Both the position numbers and the translations under genes were made by a program. Below, one piece after another: positions 53,936-64,000 of a stretch of DNA of 64,000 bases. Below the pieces are notes generated by a model. It saw only the letters and a program-made list of their open reading frames with translations. It was not told the origin of the DNA and ran no database searches. Position 1 is the first letter of the stretch. Every line of letters begins with the position of its first letter. Source of the DNA: an uncultured delta proteobacterium (GTDB lineage: Bacteria > Myxococcota_A > Polyangia > Fen-1088); contig CAWCMR010000006.1 in NCBI GenBank assembly GCA_963796685.1, positions 64,001 through 128,000 on the forward strand, read 5' to 3'.

Positions 53936-54772
53936 GCCTCTACACGCGCCGCCGGATCGTGAATCAGGTCGGACTGACCCTGTCGGTGTTGGCGACGCTG
54001 TTCGGCCTGTTCTGGCTCGTCTGGTTGCTGTGGACGCTCTTCGGCAGCGGACTGCGATGGATCGGGCCCAAGCTGTTTCTGGAATCCACGCCACCGCCCG
54101 GCGCAAGCGGCGGGCTGGCGAACGCCATCGTGGGCAGCGTGATCCTCACGATCGCCGGCGTGGGCATGGGCGCGCCGGCGGGCATCCTGGCCGGGACCTA
54201 CCTGGCGGAGTTCGGTCGGACATCCCGCCTGGGGGCGGTGGTCCGGTTCGTCAACGACATCCTGCTCAGCGCTCCGTCGATCATCATCGGCGTCTTTGTC
54301 TACGGGTTGATCGTCCTGCGAACCGGGCACTTTTCGGGATGGGCCGGCGCGGTGGCCCTGGCGCTCATCGTGATGCCGGTGGTCGTGAGAACCACCGAGA
54401 ACATGATGCGGCTGGTTCCGGACAGCCTGCGGGAGGCCGCCGCCGCGCTGGGAAGCTCCGAGCTGGAAGGTCACGATGGTGATCGTGTACCGCAGCGCTC
54501 TGCCCGGCATCCTGACCGGGGTCTTGCTTGGAATGGCCCGAGTCAGCGGCGAAACCGCACCGTTGCTCTTCACCGCCCTCAACAACCAGTTCTGGAGCAC
54601 CGATATGAGTCGGCCATTTGCCAATTTGCCGGTGGTGATCTTCCAGTTCGCCATGAGCCCGTATGAAGATTGGCAGCACCTGGCTTGGGCCGGCGCGCTG
54701 CTCATTACCGTCACCATCCTCGGCATCAACATCGCCGCCAGGATGCTGCTCAAACGCAAGACCGTGAGGTAG
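53932..54772 (+). CDS. pstA: Phosphate ABC transporter permease; +1 frameshift near 54454
   Basis: [16 protein letters not shown]; then [19 protein letters not shown] in the second frame. Confidence 0.92.
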
Positions 54773-54775
54773 AGC

Positions 54776-55648
54776 ATGGAAGCAAGAGAACACTCTCCCG
54801 TGAACGATGAGCCCTCTCGTGTGGCATCCGCCCCCGTGGCGCCGGTGCATCCTGCGGCGCCCGGCGCCCAGGCGCAGAAGCAGACCACGCGACAGACCCC
54901 CAAGGTCGAGATCCGGAACCTCAGCTTCTTCTACGGGAAATACAAGGCGCTCCACGACATCGACCTGGATATTCATGACTGTCAGATCACGGCGTTCATC
55001 GGTCCATCCGGCTGTGGCAAGTCCACGTTGCTGCGAACCTTGAACCGCATCTACGAGCTCTATCCCGGGCAACAGGCGACGGGAAAGATCATGCTCGGCG
55101 GTCGCAATCTTCTCGAGCGCGAGGACAACGTGAATCTGCTGCGCGCCAAGGTCGGGATGGTGTTTCAGAAGCCGACGCCCTTCCCCATGTCGGTTCACGA
55201 CAACATCAGCTTCGGCGTCAGGCTCTACGAGCGGCTCTCGCACGCGGACATGGAAGAACGCGTGCAATGGGCCTTGGAAAAGGCCGCTTTGTGGGAAGAG
55301 GTGAAAGACAAGCTGCGCCAGGATGGGACGGCGCTGTCGGGCGGGCAGCAGCAGCGCCTTTGTATCGCACGTGCCGTGGCGGTGAAGCCCGACGTGCTGC
55401 TGCTCGACGAGCCCGCCTCTGCGCTCGATCCCATCTCGACGCAAAAGATCGAACAACTCATCACGGATCTCAAGAAGGACTACACGATTGCCATCGTGAC
55501 CCACAACATGCAGCAGGCGGCACGGGTGTCCGACTATACGGCGTTCATGTACCTTGGTCGCTTGGTGGAGTTCGGCGAGACGAAGAAGCTCTTCATGAAG
55601 CCGGCGCAGCAGCAAACCGAGGAGTACATCACGGGGAGGTTTGGGTGA
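54776..55648 (+). CDS. pstB: Phosphate ABC transporter ATPase
   Basis: [41 protein letters not shown]. Confidence 0.96.
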   Translation: MEAREHSPVNDEPSRVASAPVAPVHPAAPGAQAQKQTTRQTPKVEIRNLSFFYGKYKALHDIDLDIHDCQITAFIGPSGCGKSTLLRTLNRIYELYPGQQATGKIMLGGRNLLEREDNVNLLRAKVGMVFQKPTPFPMSVHDNISFGVRLYERLSHADMEERVQWALEKAALWEEVKDKLRQDGTALSGGQQQRLCIARAVAVKPDVLLLDEPASALDPISTQKIEQLITDLKKDYTIAIVTHNMQQAARVSDYTAFMYLGRLVEFGETKKLFMKPAQQQTEEYITGRFG

Positions 55649-56340
55649 GCTTGCGCGAGCACTCGAGCCACGACTACGAGAACGAGCTCGAGTCCGTGCG
55701 GCAGAGGATCTTCGCGATGGGACGCCAAGTGGACCAGGTTCTACGGTCGAGCGGCAAGGCGCTGCTCGAGAACAACATCGAGTTGTGCAAGCAGATCGTG
55801 CTCGGGGACCAGCAGACCGACTCCATGGAGCTGGACATCGACCATTTGTGCATGGAGATCCTCGCGCGCCGGCAACCCGTGGCCGGAGACCTGCGCCTCT
55901 TGACCGCGGCTTTGAAGCTGGTCATCGATCTCGAACGGATCGGCGACATGGGCGTCAGCATTGCGGCGCGCGTGATGGAGCTCGAGGGCGAACCGCCGCT
56001 CATCCCCTACGAGGATCTGCAGCGCATGCTGACCACCGCCCGCGAGATGCTGACCGAGTCACTGGCCGCGCTCGAGACCCAAGACAGCGCGCGTGCCAGC
56101 CGCGCCATCGACATGGACGAGGTCGTCGATGCCTACTACACGCAAATCTTCGACAAGGTGCTGAGCCGGATGCGCGAAAGTCCGGAGAACATCTCTCGTG
56201 CCACGCGCGTGCAAGCCGTCTCGAAGTACATCGAGCGCATCGGGGACCACGCCAGGAATGTTGCCGAGCGGGTGATCTTCATCTTGACCGGCGAGGATAT
56301 CCGCCACGCCGCGCGCATGCGCCGCCCCGATCTCTCCTGA
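55645..56340 (+). CDS. phoU: Phosphate signalling protein PhoU
   Basis: [30 protein letters not shown]; GTG start overlaps the pstB stop. Confidence 0.95.
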   Translation: MSLREHSSHDYENELESVRQRIFAMGRQVDQVLRSSGKALLENNIELCKQIVLGDQQTDSMELDIDHLCMEILARRQPVAGDLRLLTAALKLVIDLERIGDMGVSIAARVMELEGEPPLIPYEDLQRMLTTAREMLTESLAALETQDSARASRAIDMDEVVDAYYTQIFDKVLSRMRESPENISRATRVQAVSKYIERIGDHARNVAERVIFILTGEDIRHAARMRRPDLS

Positions 56341-56414
56341 GCCCAGAGGACACAGAGAACACGGAGACGGATGAGAAAGGAAGGGTTCGGATCGAGATCC
56401 GGAGAACCCTTTCC

Positions 56415-58358
56415 TCAGTAGGTCAGGCCGAATCCGTAGGGATACAGGGGGTCGTAGCTCGCGTCGCCCACGTTGATCGGGATCTGCGACATGGAGCGCG
56501 GCCAGCTGTGCGGCAGGGTGCCCGTGGGATGCGCGTCCCCGAACAGGATGTCCGTGATGCCCGCGCCTTCGCTGCCCGGTAGCCACGCCATCACGATGGC
56601 GTCCGCGTATGGCATCAGGGGATCGAGAATCATCGGGCGTCCGGCGATGAGCACGACGACGGTCGGGAGCCCGGCCTGCTTCAGGGCCTGGACCACTTTC
56701 ACGTCCGCGCTGGACACGGTGAGGTCGGTGCTGTCACCCTTGCCCTCGGCGTAAGGGGTCTCGCCGATCACCGCGACGCCGACGCTGGCCGCGCTCACGC
56801 TCGAACCGGTGCTGGAATACTTCACCTGGCCCGTGCCGAGCACGGCCTCGAAAGCCTGGCGCACGCTGGTCGCGCCGGGCACGCTTCCGGAAGCGCCCTG
56901 CCACGAAATGGTCCAGCCGCCACACTGATTCCCGGTGTCGTCGGCGCTCTTGCCCGCCAGCGCGACCGTCACGGTCTTGGGAAGAGGCAACAGGTCGCCG
57001 TCGTTCTTCAGCACGACCAACGATTCCCGCACCGCCTGCCGGGCGACTTGCCGGTGCGCCGCGGAGCCGACATCGGCGGTGAGCGTGCGATCGACCTGGC
57101 CGCTCGCTTCGAAGAGCCCGAGCTCGCACTTTACGGCGACGATGCGCCGGACAGCGTCATCGATACGGTCTTGCGAGACCGTGCCGGTCTGCACCAGGTT
57201 GGCGAAGTATCCCAGCATGGTCGGAATGGTCGTGCCGTAGATCATGAACATGTCGACACCCGCGTTCAGGCACTGGCCAAGTCCATCTTGGTTGGGCAAT
57301 CCAAGCTGGAAGCAAGCATTGAAGTCGGAAATCACGAAGCCGCCGAAGCCCAGCTCGCCCTTCAAGACATCGGTGATCATGGTCTTGTTGGCGTGCATCT
57401 TGACCCCCTGCCAACTGCTGTAGGAAGCCATGATCGCACCGACATGGGCCGCCACCGCCGCGCGGTAGGGCTCGAGATGGATGGCCCGCAGGGTGGCTTC
57501 GTCGCCGCTGGTGTCTCCGCCATTCACGCCGTTGGCCGTGCCGCCGTCGCCCAGATAGTGTTTCGCACTGGTCAGAAGGCCGGTGGGAGCGCCTGCCGGG
57601 GTGAATTGCAAGCCCTTGACCATGATCGAGCCCATGGTCGATGCCAGCTCGGTGGTTTCGCCGAAGGCTTCGTAGGTGCGGCCCCACCGTTCGTCGCGGG
57701 CGACCGCGACCACGGGCGTAAAGGGGAAGTCCACACCGCAACCCAGGCTTTCGCTGGAGACGATGCTGGCAATTTGCCCGACCAAGGCCACGTCACGCGT
57801 GGCGCCCAGGCCGACGTTGTGTGGAAACACCACCGCGCCTTTCACCGTGCCCACGCCGTGAACCTCGTCGGCGCCGTACAGGAACGGAATCTTCATGCGG
57901 CTGGCCAACGCGGCCTGGCGGTAGCTGTCGGCCATATCCGCCCATCCCGAGGGCGAGTTGTTCGTGGGCGCCGAGCCACCCTGGCTGAAGCCCGAACCGA
58001 CTCCATACTGGGTGACCAGGGCCGTGGTCAGAGCCGCACGCTCCATCTGCAACATCTGCGCATATTTTTCCTCCGGCGTCATTTGGCCCAGCAGCGCGGT
58101 TGCGCGGTCAAGGCACGCCTGGGTGGGATACGGACCGCTGCTCGCACCGCCGTCGAGGCCTGCCGTCGTTCCTTCGTCGACACCCAGGCCGAGCGTGCCC
58201 GCGTCGATGACGAAGCTGCTCGCGCCCCCATCGATGCCCCAGCCCTGGAAGGGGCCCGCGTCTACCGCCACGCTGGGGGCAGGCGTCTCGTGGCTTCCCC
58301 CGCAAGCGGATCCGGCCAGTGCGAAGCTCAAAATCAAGAACCGTAGCTGTTTGATCAT
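56415..58358 (-). CDS. GH3 beta-glucosidase, lipoprotein
   Basis: Lipobox GSAC; DEVHG, FPHN, RWGRTYE, AKHYLGDGGT, GFVISD, GETPYAEG, AWLPGSEG, PLYPYGFGLTY. Confidence 0.93.
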   Translation of the reverse strand: MIKQLRFLILSFALAGSACGGSHETPAPSVAVDAGPFQGWGIDGGASSFVIDAGTLGLGVDEGTTAGLDGGASSGPYPTQACLDRATALLGQMTPEEKYAQMLQMERAALTTALVTQYGVGSGFSQGGSAPTNNSPSGWADMADSYRQAALASRMKIPFLYGADEVHGVGTVKGAVVFPHNVGLGATRDVALVGQIASIVSSESLGCGVDFPFTPVVAVARDERWGRTYEAFGETTELASTMGSIMVKGLQFTPAGAPTGLLTSAKHYLGDGGTANGVNGGDTSGDEATLRAIHLEPYRAAVAAHVGAIMASYSSWQGVKMHANKTMITDVLKGELGFGGFVISDFNACFQLGLPNQDGLGQCLNAGVDMFMIYGTTIPTMLGYFANLVQTGTVSQDRIDDAVRRIVAVKCELGLFEASGQVDRTLTADVGSAAHRQVARQAVRESLVVLKNDGDLLPLPKTVTVALAGKSADDTGNQCGGWTISWQGASGSVPGATSVRQAFEAVLGTGQVKYSSTGSSVSAASVGVAVIGETPYAEGKGDSTDLTVSSADVKVVQALKQAGLPTVVVLIAGRPMILDPLMPYADAIVMAWLPGSEGAGITDILFGDAHPTGTLPHSWPRSMSQIPINVGDASYDPLYPYGFGLTY

Positions 58359-58448
58359 GGTTTTCCTGTGGCGTCGAAGGGTTTGCTCGGAAGCCACCGA
58401 TGGTAGCAGTTTCGGTGCGGTTCGAGGAACCCGCAAAGTTCCGGCTGT

Positions 58449-58585
58449 AATCCCGCGACAAGCTCAGCGACATCGCGAGGCGCCGGGCTAAAGGTCCCAT
58501 TCCAAGGCTATGCCTCTCGCCTGGCAGGGCGACGAAAGGTGGTCGTGGCCGTAGACGTCACCGTGGCCCTGGCCGTGGCCGGACA
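58449..58585. mobile_element. Partial second copy of the 3451-3671 element
   Basis: AATCCCGCGACAAGC...TCGCG...CCATTCCA...CTCGC...GGTGGTCGTGGCCGTAGACGTCACCGTGGCC is colinear with the reverse complement of about 3540-3671. Confidence 0.65.
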
Positions 58586-58591
58586 TTTGGG

Positions 58592-59017
58592 CTAGCGGGT
58601 CGCCTGGCGAAGAATCTCCCACAAGCGCTCGCTTGCCGGAAGCTCGTCCATGACCGCGGTCGCGCCCAGACGTTGGGCTCGTGTCGCGGTGGCCAGGAGA
58701 CCTCCCGAGGGAATCAGGACCAGGGCGCGCGTGACGCCTGGCGAGGCGAGGCGCTGGGCGAGCTCGGGATCCTCCTCTTCGGCAAACAAGCCTCCACACA
58801 GAATGAGGTCGAGCGGTTGCCCCGTGCGCGCGGTGTTCTCGGCCAGCCTGGCGCGCATGTCCTGGGCATCGGCCGCCTCGAGAACCTCGTGGCCCTGCTG
58901 GCGCAGGGCCGAGGCGAGCCGTTCGCGCAAGATCGGATCTGGGGCGCCTACCAGGATGGAGAGGGGCTCGCCATCTCCTCGTCGATTCGCCTGGTTGGTA
59001 CCTGTGCCCGTGGACAT
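58592..59017 (-). CDS. Stand-alone atypical (pseudo) receiver domain
   Basis: ILVGAPDPILRERLASALRQQGHEVLEAAD...DLILCG...AQRLGATAVMDE; CheY-like pattern without the canonical Asp/Lys. Confidence 0.7.
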   Translation of the reverse strand: MSTGTGTNQANRRGDGEPLSILVGAPDPILRERLASALRQQGHEVLEAADAQDMRARLAENTARTGQPLDLILCGGLFAEEEDPELAQRLASPGVTRALVLIPSGGLLATATRAQRLGATAVMDELPASERLWEILRQATR

Positions 59018-59342
59018 CTCCCTACATTGGAGCCTGGCCGCACGGATTGGATTCTTCGCCCGGAGGCTGACAGCTTGCACGTCGCTTGATTGCGCGTTGG
59101 GCCGAGCCAAGGCCAGGCCACGCGTGCTGCTGCAACCTGAGTCCCCGGTCCCGGCGGGCCATCAGGCTGAGCCCCGGTTGACGGTCTCCCGCGTGTTCGG
59201 AGCCCCTGCTCGGACCCAGGCCTCGGGTGGTCGGGCATGAGAGGCTCAAATTGGGGTTGCCTTTCCTTGGGGAGGGAGAGGATAGTTCTAGTGGGCTGGA
59301 GCGCATCTTGTCGAGGCCCCCATCCACCGAAGGAGCAGTTAC

Positions 59343-60785
59343 ATGAGAGCATGCGTTCTTTTCTCAGGTGTAGCCACCCTCTTGGCCCTCTCGGGTTGCA
59401 AGACCACGACCCCGGAGGGAGGGTCGCAGACGGGCGGCATCACGAGCAATGGCGGGCAGGACCAACCGGGGGAGGGCGGCAGTAGCGGCTCGGGCGGTGG
59501 CGCGGGCAGCGGTGGCGCCACCAGCTCGGGCGGCACCAATACGACCAGCAGTGGTGGCAGCTCTGCCGGCGGCACCACGGCCGTGGGCAGCACGACCAAC
59601 AGTGGTGGCAGCTCCGCTGGTGGCACCACGGGCAAAGGCGGCTCGACCTCGAGCGGGGGCAGCAGCGCGCGCGGAGGCGCCACTTCCGCGGGTGGCATCG
59701 TTGGCTCCGGCGGGCAGGGAGACGGCGGCGCGCCGGCTCGCGGGGGAGCTACCGGTTCCGGAGGAGCGACGGCCTCCGGCGGGAGCACGGGAAGCGGTGG
59801 CCAGACCGGTGCGGGCGGCACCGAGGCGTCCTACCAAGGCCCTTGCGACGTGCTCGCCAGCGGGTGCGCGGAGGCGTACAGCGTGACGAGGGCCATGACA
59901 GCGAGCTACACAGGCCCGCTCTTCCAGCTCGGAAAGGCCTCGGACAGCAAGGCGGCGACGCTCGATATAGGCCAGACCAGCGACCACAAGGCGGACATGA
60001 CGACCTGGAGCGCCTACTGCGGCGGGACCCAGTCGAATTGCGTGGTTTCGAAGATCTACGCCCAGATCCACAAAGGAAGTAACGATCTGATGCCGGGCGT
60101 GTGGAACACGCCCTGGAAGCCGGATTGTAGCGCCGGCGGCTACACCTGCGCCGCGAAGTTCACGATCGAATCGGCGACGGGCTTGCCCATCGTCACGACG
60201 GTTTCGCCGCAAGAATATGCCCTCTCCAACGACAATGCTGCCACCGGTATCAACGGCGGGTCGAAGGCCATGGGCATCATGTACAATGGAAAGCCGGTCA
60301 AGAGTAATTATTGCTGCGGCGTCATCGGCCTTACCCACAGATACGACGCGACCGACACCACCGGGACCGATTTCATGCTCGCCCTGGCCTACGGGTGGAA
60401 AGATTCGGGCGGCTGCTGCATTGCCACCAACTGCGGCGCGTCCGACAAATACTGCGTCGGCGCGGAGGAGGAGGAAAACAACGATATGTACGACTACGGT
60501 TCGTCACCCGTCGACAACGCCATGGTCGTGACCCAGTTCGACCCGACCGCGAACGCTGTGATTATCAACCTGAACAGCGGCCAAGCGGTTACGAAATCGC
60601 CTCCCAAGGCGGGGAAGCTCAACGCGGGGACGCGCATCCACCTTGGCGGCGGCGGCGACCTGAGCCAGCCCGATCCGGTCCTCATGCGGGAGTCTCTGTT
60701 CACGAACAACGTCATGAGCGCGAGCGAAGTGAAGGCGATGATGGCGAACATTACCGGCTTCTTCTCGTCCCTCAAGTTCCCCTGA
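59343..60785 (+). CDS. Lipoprotein with Gly/Ser/Thr linker and divergent GH54 (AbfB-like arabinofuranosidase) catalytic domain
   Basis: Lipobox LSGC; GPCDV...AYSVTRAM...YTGPLFQL, CVVSKIYAQ...NDL, vicinal CC, IHLGGGGDLS. Confidence 0.7.
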   Translation: MRACVLFSGVATLLALSGCKTTTPEGGSQTGGITSNGGQDQPGEGGSSGSGGGAGSGGATSSGGTNTTSSGGSSAGGTTAVGSTTNSGGSSAGGTTGKGGSTSSGGSSARGGATSAGGIVGSGGQGDGGAPARGGATGSGGATASGGSTGSGGQTGAGGTEASYQGPCDVLASGCAEAYSVTRAMTASYTGPLFQLGKASDSKAATLDIGQTSDHKADMTTWSAYCGGTQSNCVVSKIYAQIHKGSNDLMPGVWNTPWKPDCSAGGYTCAAKFTIESATGLPIVTTVSPQEYALSNDNAATGINGGSKAMGIMYNGKPVKSNYCCGVIGLTHRYDATDTTGTDFMLALAYGWKDSGGCCIATNCGASDKYCVGAEEEENNDMYDYGSSPVDNAMVVTQFDPTANAVIINLNSGQAVTKSPPKAGKLNAGTRIHLGGGGDLSQPDPVLMRESLFTNNVMSASEVKAMMANITGFFSSLKFP

Positions 60786-60935
60786 GCCAACGGAAGACGC
60801 GCTACCCGGCCGCACTCGAACGGCGATCGGCTTCGTGCCACCTGGCCCGCGGCTTCTTCCGCACCTGGCGGAGCCATCCCTGATGGGCCAAGCTGTGAGC
60901 CTACGAAGAGGCTTTCGCCCAAGGAGAATCAGCAC

Positions 60936-61202
60936 ATGGCTGTTGGCTGGGCTCACGATGGGGCCGTGCAGGAACAGATCGATGCGAGCGTTGATGATGC
61001 GATCGCACGCGCCAGGCGTGCTGTGCACAAGGGCGAGAGCCTCACACACTGCGAGGACTGTGGCGAGTCGATCCCGGAGGCCCGGCAGAGAGCTGTCCCA
61101 GGGGTTCGCCGCTGCGTCCCGTGTCAGTCCGAGGCTGACTGCGCGTACGTCGATTCCAGTCTCTACAACCGGCGCGGCAGCAAGGACAGCCAACTGAAGT
61201 AG
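60936..61202 (+). CDS. ybiI: DksA/TraR-family C4 zinc-finger protein
   Basis: GWAHDGAVQEQID, CEDC...IPEARQRAVPGVRRCVPCQ, NRRGSKDSQLK. Confidence 0.9.
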   Translation: MAVGWAHDGAVQEQIDASVDDAIARARRAVHKGESLTHCEDCGESIPEARQRAVPGVRRCVPCQSEADCAYVDSSLYNRRGSKDSQLK

Positions 61203-61486
61203 ACGTGTACCAGGCCCGGCGACAGGCGCGCTCAGCGACGGCACAGGCTGCGCGCCCCTATTCGGCGTCTCGGCTGGAGTCACTTACTACTGCAGCACCT
61301 GCCCGTCCGGCACCTGCGCGTAGGGCCAGCAACGGACTCCACGCGAAGGCGAGGGCGCCTTTGGCGCTTCGGATCCTACGGTATGGTTCCGGGCCCTGTA
61401 AAGGTATGGGCCTGGCTTCTTGCGCAAAAGATGGAGGCGGATGATTCTGAGGGGACCTATCTACAGGGAGGGTCTCATGGCCAGCG

Positions 61487-61508
61487 CTAGAGCACCGAAC
61501 GGGTTGAG
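61487..61508 (+). repeat. Solo MITE-end motif CTAGAGCACCGAACGGGTTGAG
   Basis: Matches 21693-21713 (CTAGAGCACCGAATGGGTTGA) with one mismatch. Confidence 0.6.
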
Positions 61509-61612
61509 GCGTTCTCGCCAGCAGTCTGTCCCGCCCGAACGTGTGGCGTTACCGGCAGCACTTCCCACGACCTCCGCGTTCTCCGACGGGTTGTGCCGTC
61601 GAGACGGTCGCG

Positions 61613-62791
61613 CTACTTCTGCCCATCCCGACGCCGATTTCTGCGGCGACGGACGAGCAAGAGCGCGCCTGCAAGAACCATCAGGGTCCGCCCGCTGAGC
61701 GCGCCGCCTGTTGCCGCCGTGGAGCAACTGCAACCGCCTGAGGCTTTCGCGGCGGGCTCAGTTGCCGACGCGCCGGCCGCACCGCCGTTGCCCAGGGTGC
61801 CGCCGGTAGACACGGATCCACCGACGCCAACCACGCCCCCGGTACCCACCGCACCGCCAGTGCCCGACGTCCCGCCATTCCCCAGCGCACCACCGGAACC
61901 TGGCGCCACCGCGCTTCCGCCCTCGCCAGCCGCCGCGTCGCGCCCCCCTGCACCGCCCTTGCCGCCCGATCCTGCCGATCCGCCGGTGCCGCTGGTTCCG
62001 CCGGCGCCGCCCGCTGCTCCGCTGTCGCTTACCCCTGCATCGATGGCCGTTCCCTGCGGCACGAAGGTGAAGTCTCTGACGATGATCTCGACGTTCTGTC
62101 CATTGGACGGCACGCCCTGGAAACACCACAGGTTCATGCCGAGCGGCAGCGCTTGCTGCGGAACTTGGGTAGCTGGAGAAGCGGGTGCAAATGTCCACGC
62201 CTCGAGCAGACCCGCGGTGCCACCGAGCGGCTCGAATCCGCTCAGCGTGACGAAATCGATCCTGGTGCTGCTCCAGGCAAACCGCGACGTGGTGTACGTG
62301 CCGGTCAGAGTGAAGTCGAAGGTGATTTCGCTGCTACCGGTCCCAGTCGGCGGATACACGGTGTAGTTGCCATTCGGGTAGCTCGCGTTTCCCCAGCGCG
62401 CGTACTCGATGTCAATCTCGTTCTGACCGTCGCTCCCGATGCCGGCCTGGGGCCCGTATGGGTAGAGCCCGACCACGACGTTCTTATCGAGCTTGTCGAC
62501 CGGCCCATCGATCTGCCACTGGTAGGTGCCGAAACCGAGCTTGTCGGTCGTGAAGATCTCCGCAGCGGTCCAAGTGCCGCCGTTGTTGGTGATCTTCATG
62601 TGCAGATAGCCGTCGCTATCGATCGCTATATTGGCCGCGTTGCCCTGGCAGACGCCGGCCATGCCACCCGCGGTCACGTCCCAGGTATGGCCCTTCCAGT
62701 TGATGGTCGCCGCGTGGCCGACCCGGCCGAGCGAAAGGGTCGCGATGAGACCCGCCAACGCTGACGACAAAACCATGGACCAGATTCGCAT
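61613..62791 (-). CDS. GH16-like glycoside hydrolase with Gly-rich linker and MYXO-CTERM-type anchor
   Basis: Signal peptide; LGFGTY, catalytic EIDIE; C-terminal SGGCSCS-TM-RRRR. Confidence 0.8.
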   Translation of the reverse strand: MRIWSMVLSSALAGLIATLSLGRVGHAATINWKGHTWDVTAGGMAGVCQGNAANIAIDSDGYLHMKITNNGGTWTAAEIFTTDKLGFGTYQWQIDGPVDKLDKNVVVGLYPYGPQAGIGSDGQNEIDIEYARWGNASYPNGNYTVYPPTGTGSSEITFDFTLTGTYTTSRFAWSSTRIDFVTLSGFEPLGGTAGLLEAWTFAPASPATQVPQQALPLGMNLWCFQGVPSNGQNVEIIVRDFTFVPQGTAIDAGVSDSGAAGGAGGTSGTGGSAGSGGKGGAGGRDAAAGEGGSAVAPGSGGALGNGGTSGTGGAVGTGGVVGVGGSVSTGGTLGNGGAAGASATEPAAKASGGCSCSTAATGGALSGRTLMVLAGALLLVRRRRNRRRDGQK

Positions 62792-62857
62792 GCAGACTCC
62801 TATTGGAACACGAGACCCCACCTGCGGCCGAGCCCTTGGCTCGCCCCCCCATCGAGG

Positions 62858-63581
62858 TTACGCGGTGGCCGGACGGAGCCTTCCTTGGAGATCCGGCCAC
62901 AACCGTTCCGGTAACTCCAACATGGATCGCAAATGGTCTGGCCCCGGCGTAGCTGTACCCCGGCGGATTTGCAGCGCCTTGAAACCGGCGGCCCTGGCGC
63001 CGTAGAGATCCATCTCCGCGCTGTCGCCGATGTGTAGAATCTGACTTGCGGGCAGTCCGACCTTTTCGGCAGCTCCGTCGAAGATGACGCGGTCGGGTTT
63101 GGCATGGCCGACCTCGGACGACACGACGATGGCCTCGAAGCGGGAATCGAGCCTGAGCCGCCCGAGCAAGCATCGCAGGCGTTCATCCCAGTTGGAGATG
63201 ACCGCCAAGCGCACGCCCCGCGCGGCCAGCTTGTCCAGCACGGGCAGCACATCGTCGTAGATGCGCCAGGCCTCGGCCTGGGCGAAGCGATCGTAAGATC
63301 TCGGCGAAAAAGCTCCGGCTGGGCGGGATCTCGACCAGACCTTCAAATACCGCGTCGACCAGTTGCTCCCAGCCGGCCCGCGTCTCCGCCAGGTGGAGTC
63401 GGCCCGGCCAGATGGCCCGAAAGCGCTCTTCCAGAAGCGCCGCGGTGAGGTGACCGAGGCCGTTCCGAGCGGCGATGTCCGCATACACCTGGCCGACGGA
63501 CGGCCAGGTCGTGATCAGGGTGTTGCCGACATCGAAGGTGATGGCCTTGATGTCGGCTAAGGGACGCGATTCTTGCTTCAT
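62858..63581 (-). CDS. HAD-superfamily hydrolase; +1 frameshift near 63296
   Basis: ITFDVGNTL motif I; VISNWD, KPD, HIGDSAEMD in the second frame. Confidence 0.88.
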
Positions 63582-63800
63582 GGTTTTCGCCTTGGGTCAG
63601 CTTGAGCGTCTGCCCGCTGTTCGTCGAGCATCTTGAAGCTCACCCCCGTCGTCTTCCACCCGCCCTGGTCGTAGACGTCGGATGCGTCCACCGTCAACAC
63701 CAGGCCGTGGGCGCCGGGAGTATCGGCCCTTTACCGTGAGATCGCCTTCCTGGGAGAAGGTGGGCCTTGACACCACCTGCCCTCCGGACTTCGTCTGCCG

Positions 63801-64000
63801 CTATTCGTAGTGGGTCCAAAGCCGCAGAACCTTCACCACACGTTCACGCTTGAGCACTTGATACACAACGCGGTGCTGAATGTTGATACGGCGGGAATAG
63901 GCCCCTTCCAAGTCGCCGACCAGCTTTTCAAAGGGCGGCGGAGTTCGAAAGGGATCTTCGGCAAGAAGGGCCAGAAGTGCTTCCGCCTTCTGGCGCAAGC
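63801..64000 (-). CDS. yoeB: Txe/YoeB-family toxin (5' partial)
   Basis: PPPFEKLVGDLEGAYSRRINIQHRVVY...WTHYE. Confidence 0.92.
   Translation of the reverse strand, partial: LRQKAEALLALLAEDPFRTPPPFEKLVGDLEGAYSRRINIQHRVVYQVLKRERVVKVLRLWTHYE

Noticed and set aside
63578-63720. Possible gene remnant on the minus strand (GLVLTVDASDVYDQGGWKTTG)
   Set aside because: No clear start and no recognisable family

Overview
GC-rich bacterial DNA, most likely from a Myxococcota member (inferred from a GltD/AgmU-like TPR protein, a MYXO-CTERM-type tail, Cys-rich lipoproteins and a Hanks-type kinase). The core (about 20.3-38.5 kb) is an 18-kb nitrogen-scavenging cluster: a biuH-cupin-ureD-ureAB(fused)-ureC-ureE-ureF-ureG operon, divergent atzF, a porin plus urtABCDE, and a convergent trtA plus NCS2-like permease. 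Three exact copies of a GTCGTAAAT motif lie at its promoter regions. The flanks carry speA, aroC, an acyl-CoA carboxylase beta subunit, a rhodanese/ECF-zinc-finger/thioredoxin module with back-to-back ECF-like promoters, thiM, a TPR/Cys-rich lipoprotein operon, two ParA/MinD-like ATPases facing a probable pseudokinase, prc, an isolated gltD, pstSCAB-phoU, GH3/GH54/GH16 surface enzymes and a partial yoeB. At least three families of small repeat elements are visible. One sits in a CTAG at the ureE stop/ureF start, one is a 624-bp element carrying an IS5 transposase tail, and one is a two-copy hexamer-array element. Eight genes carry +1 frameshifts, seven at or next to AGCT/GATC, which points to sequencing error rather than true pseudogenes. 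All protein calls are by eye from motifs and remembered family sequences; no database searches were run.
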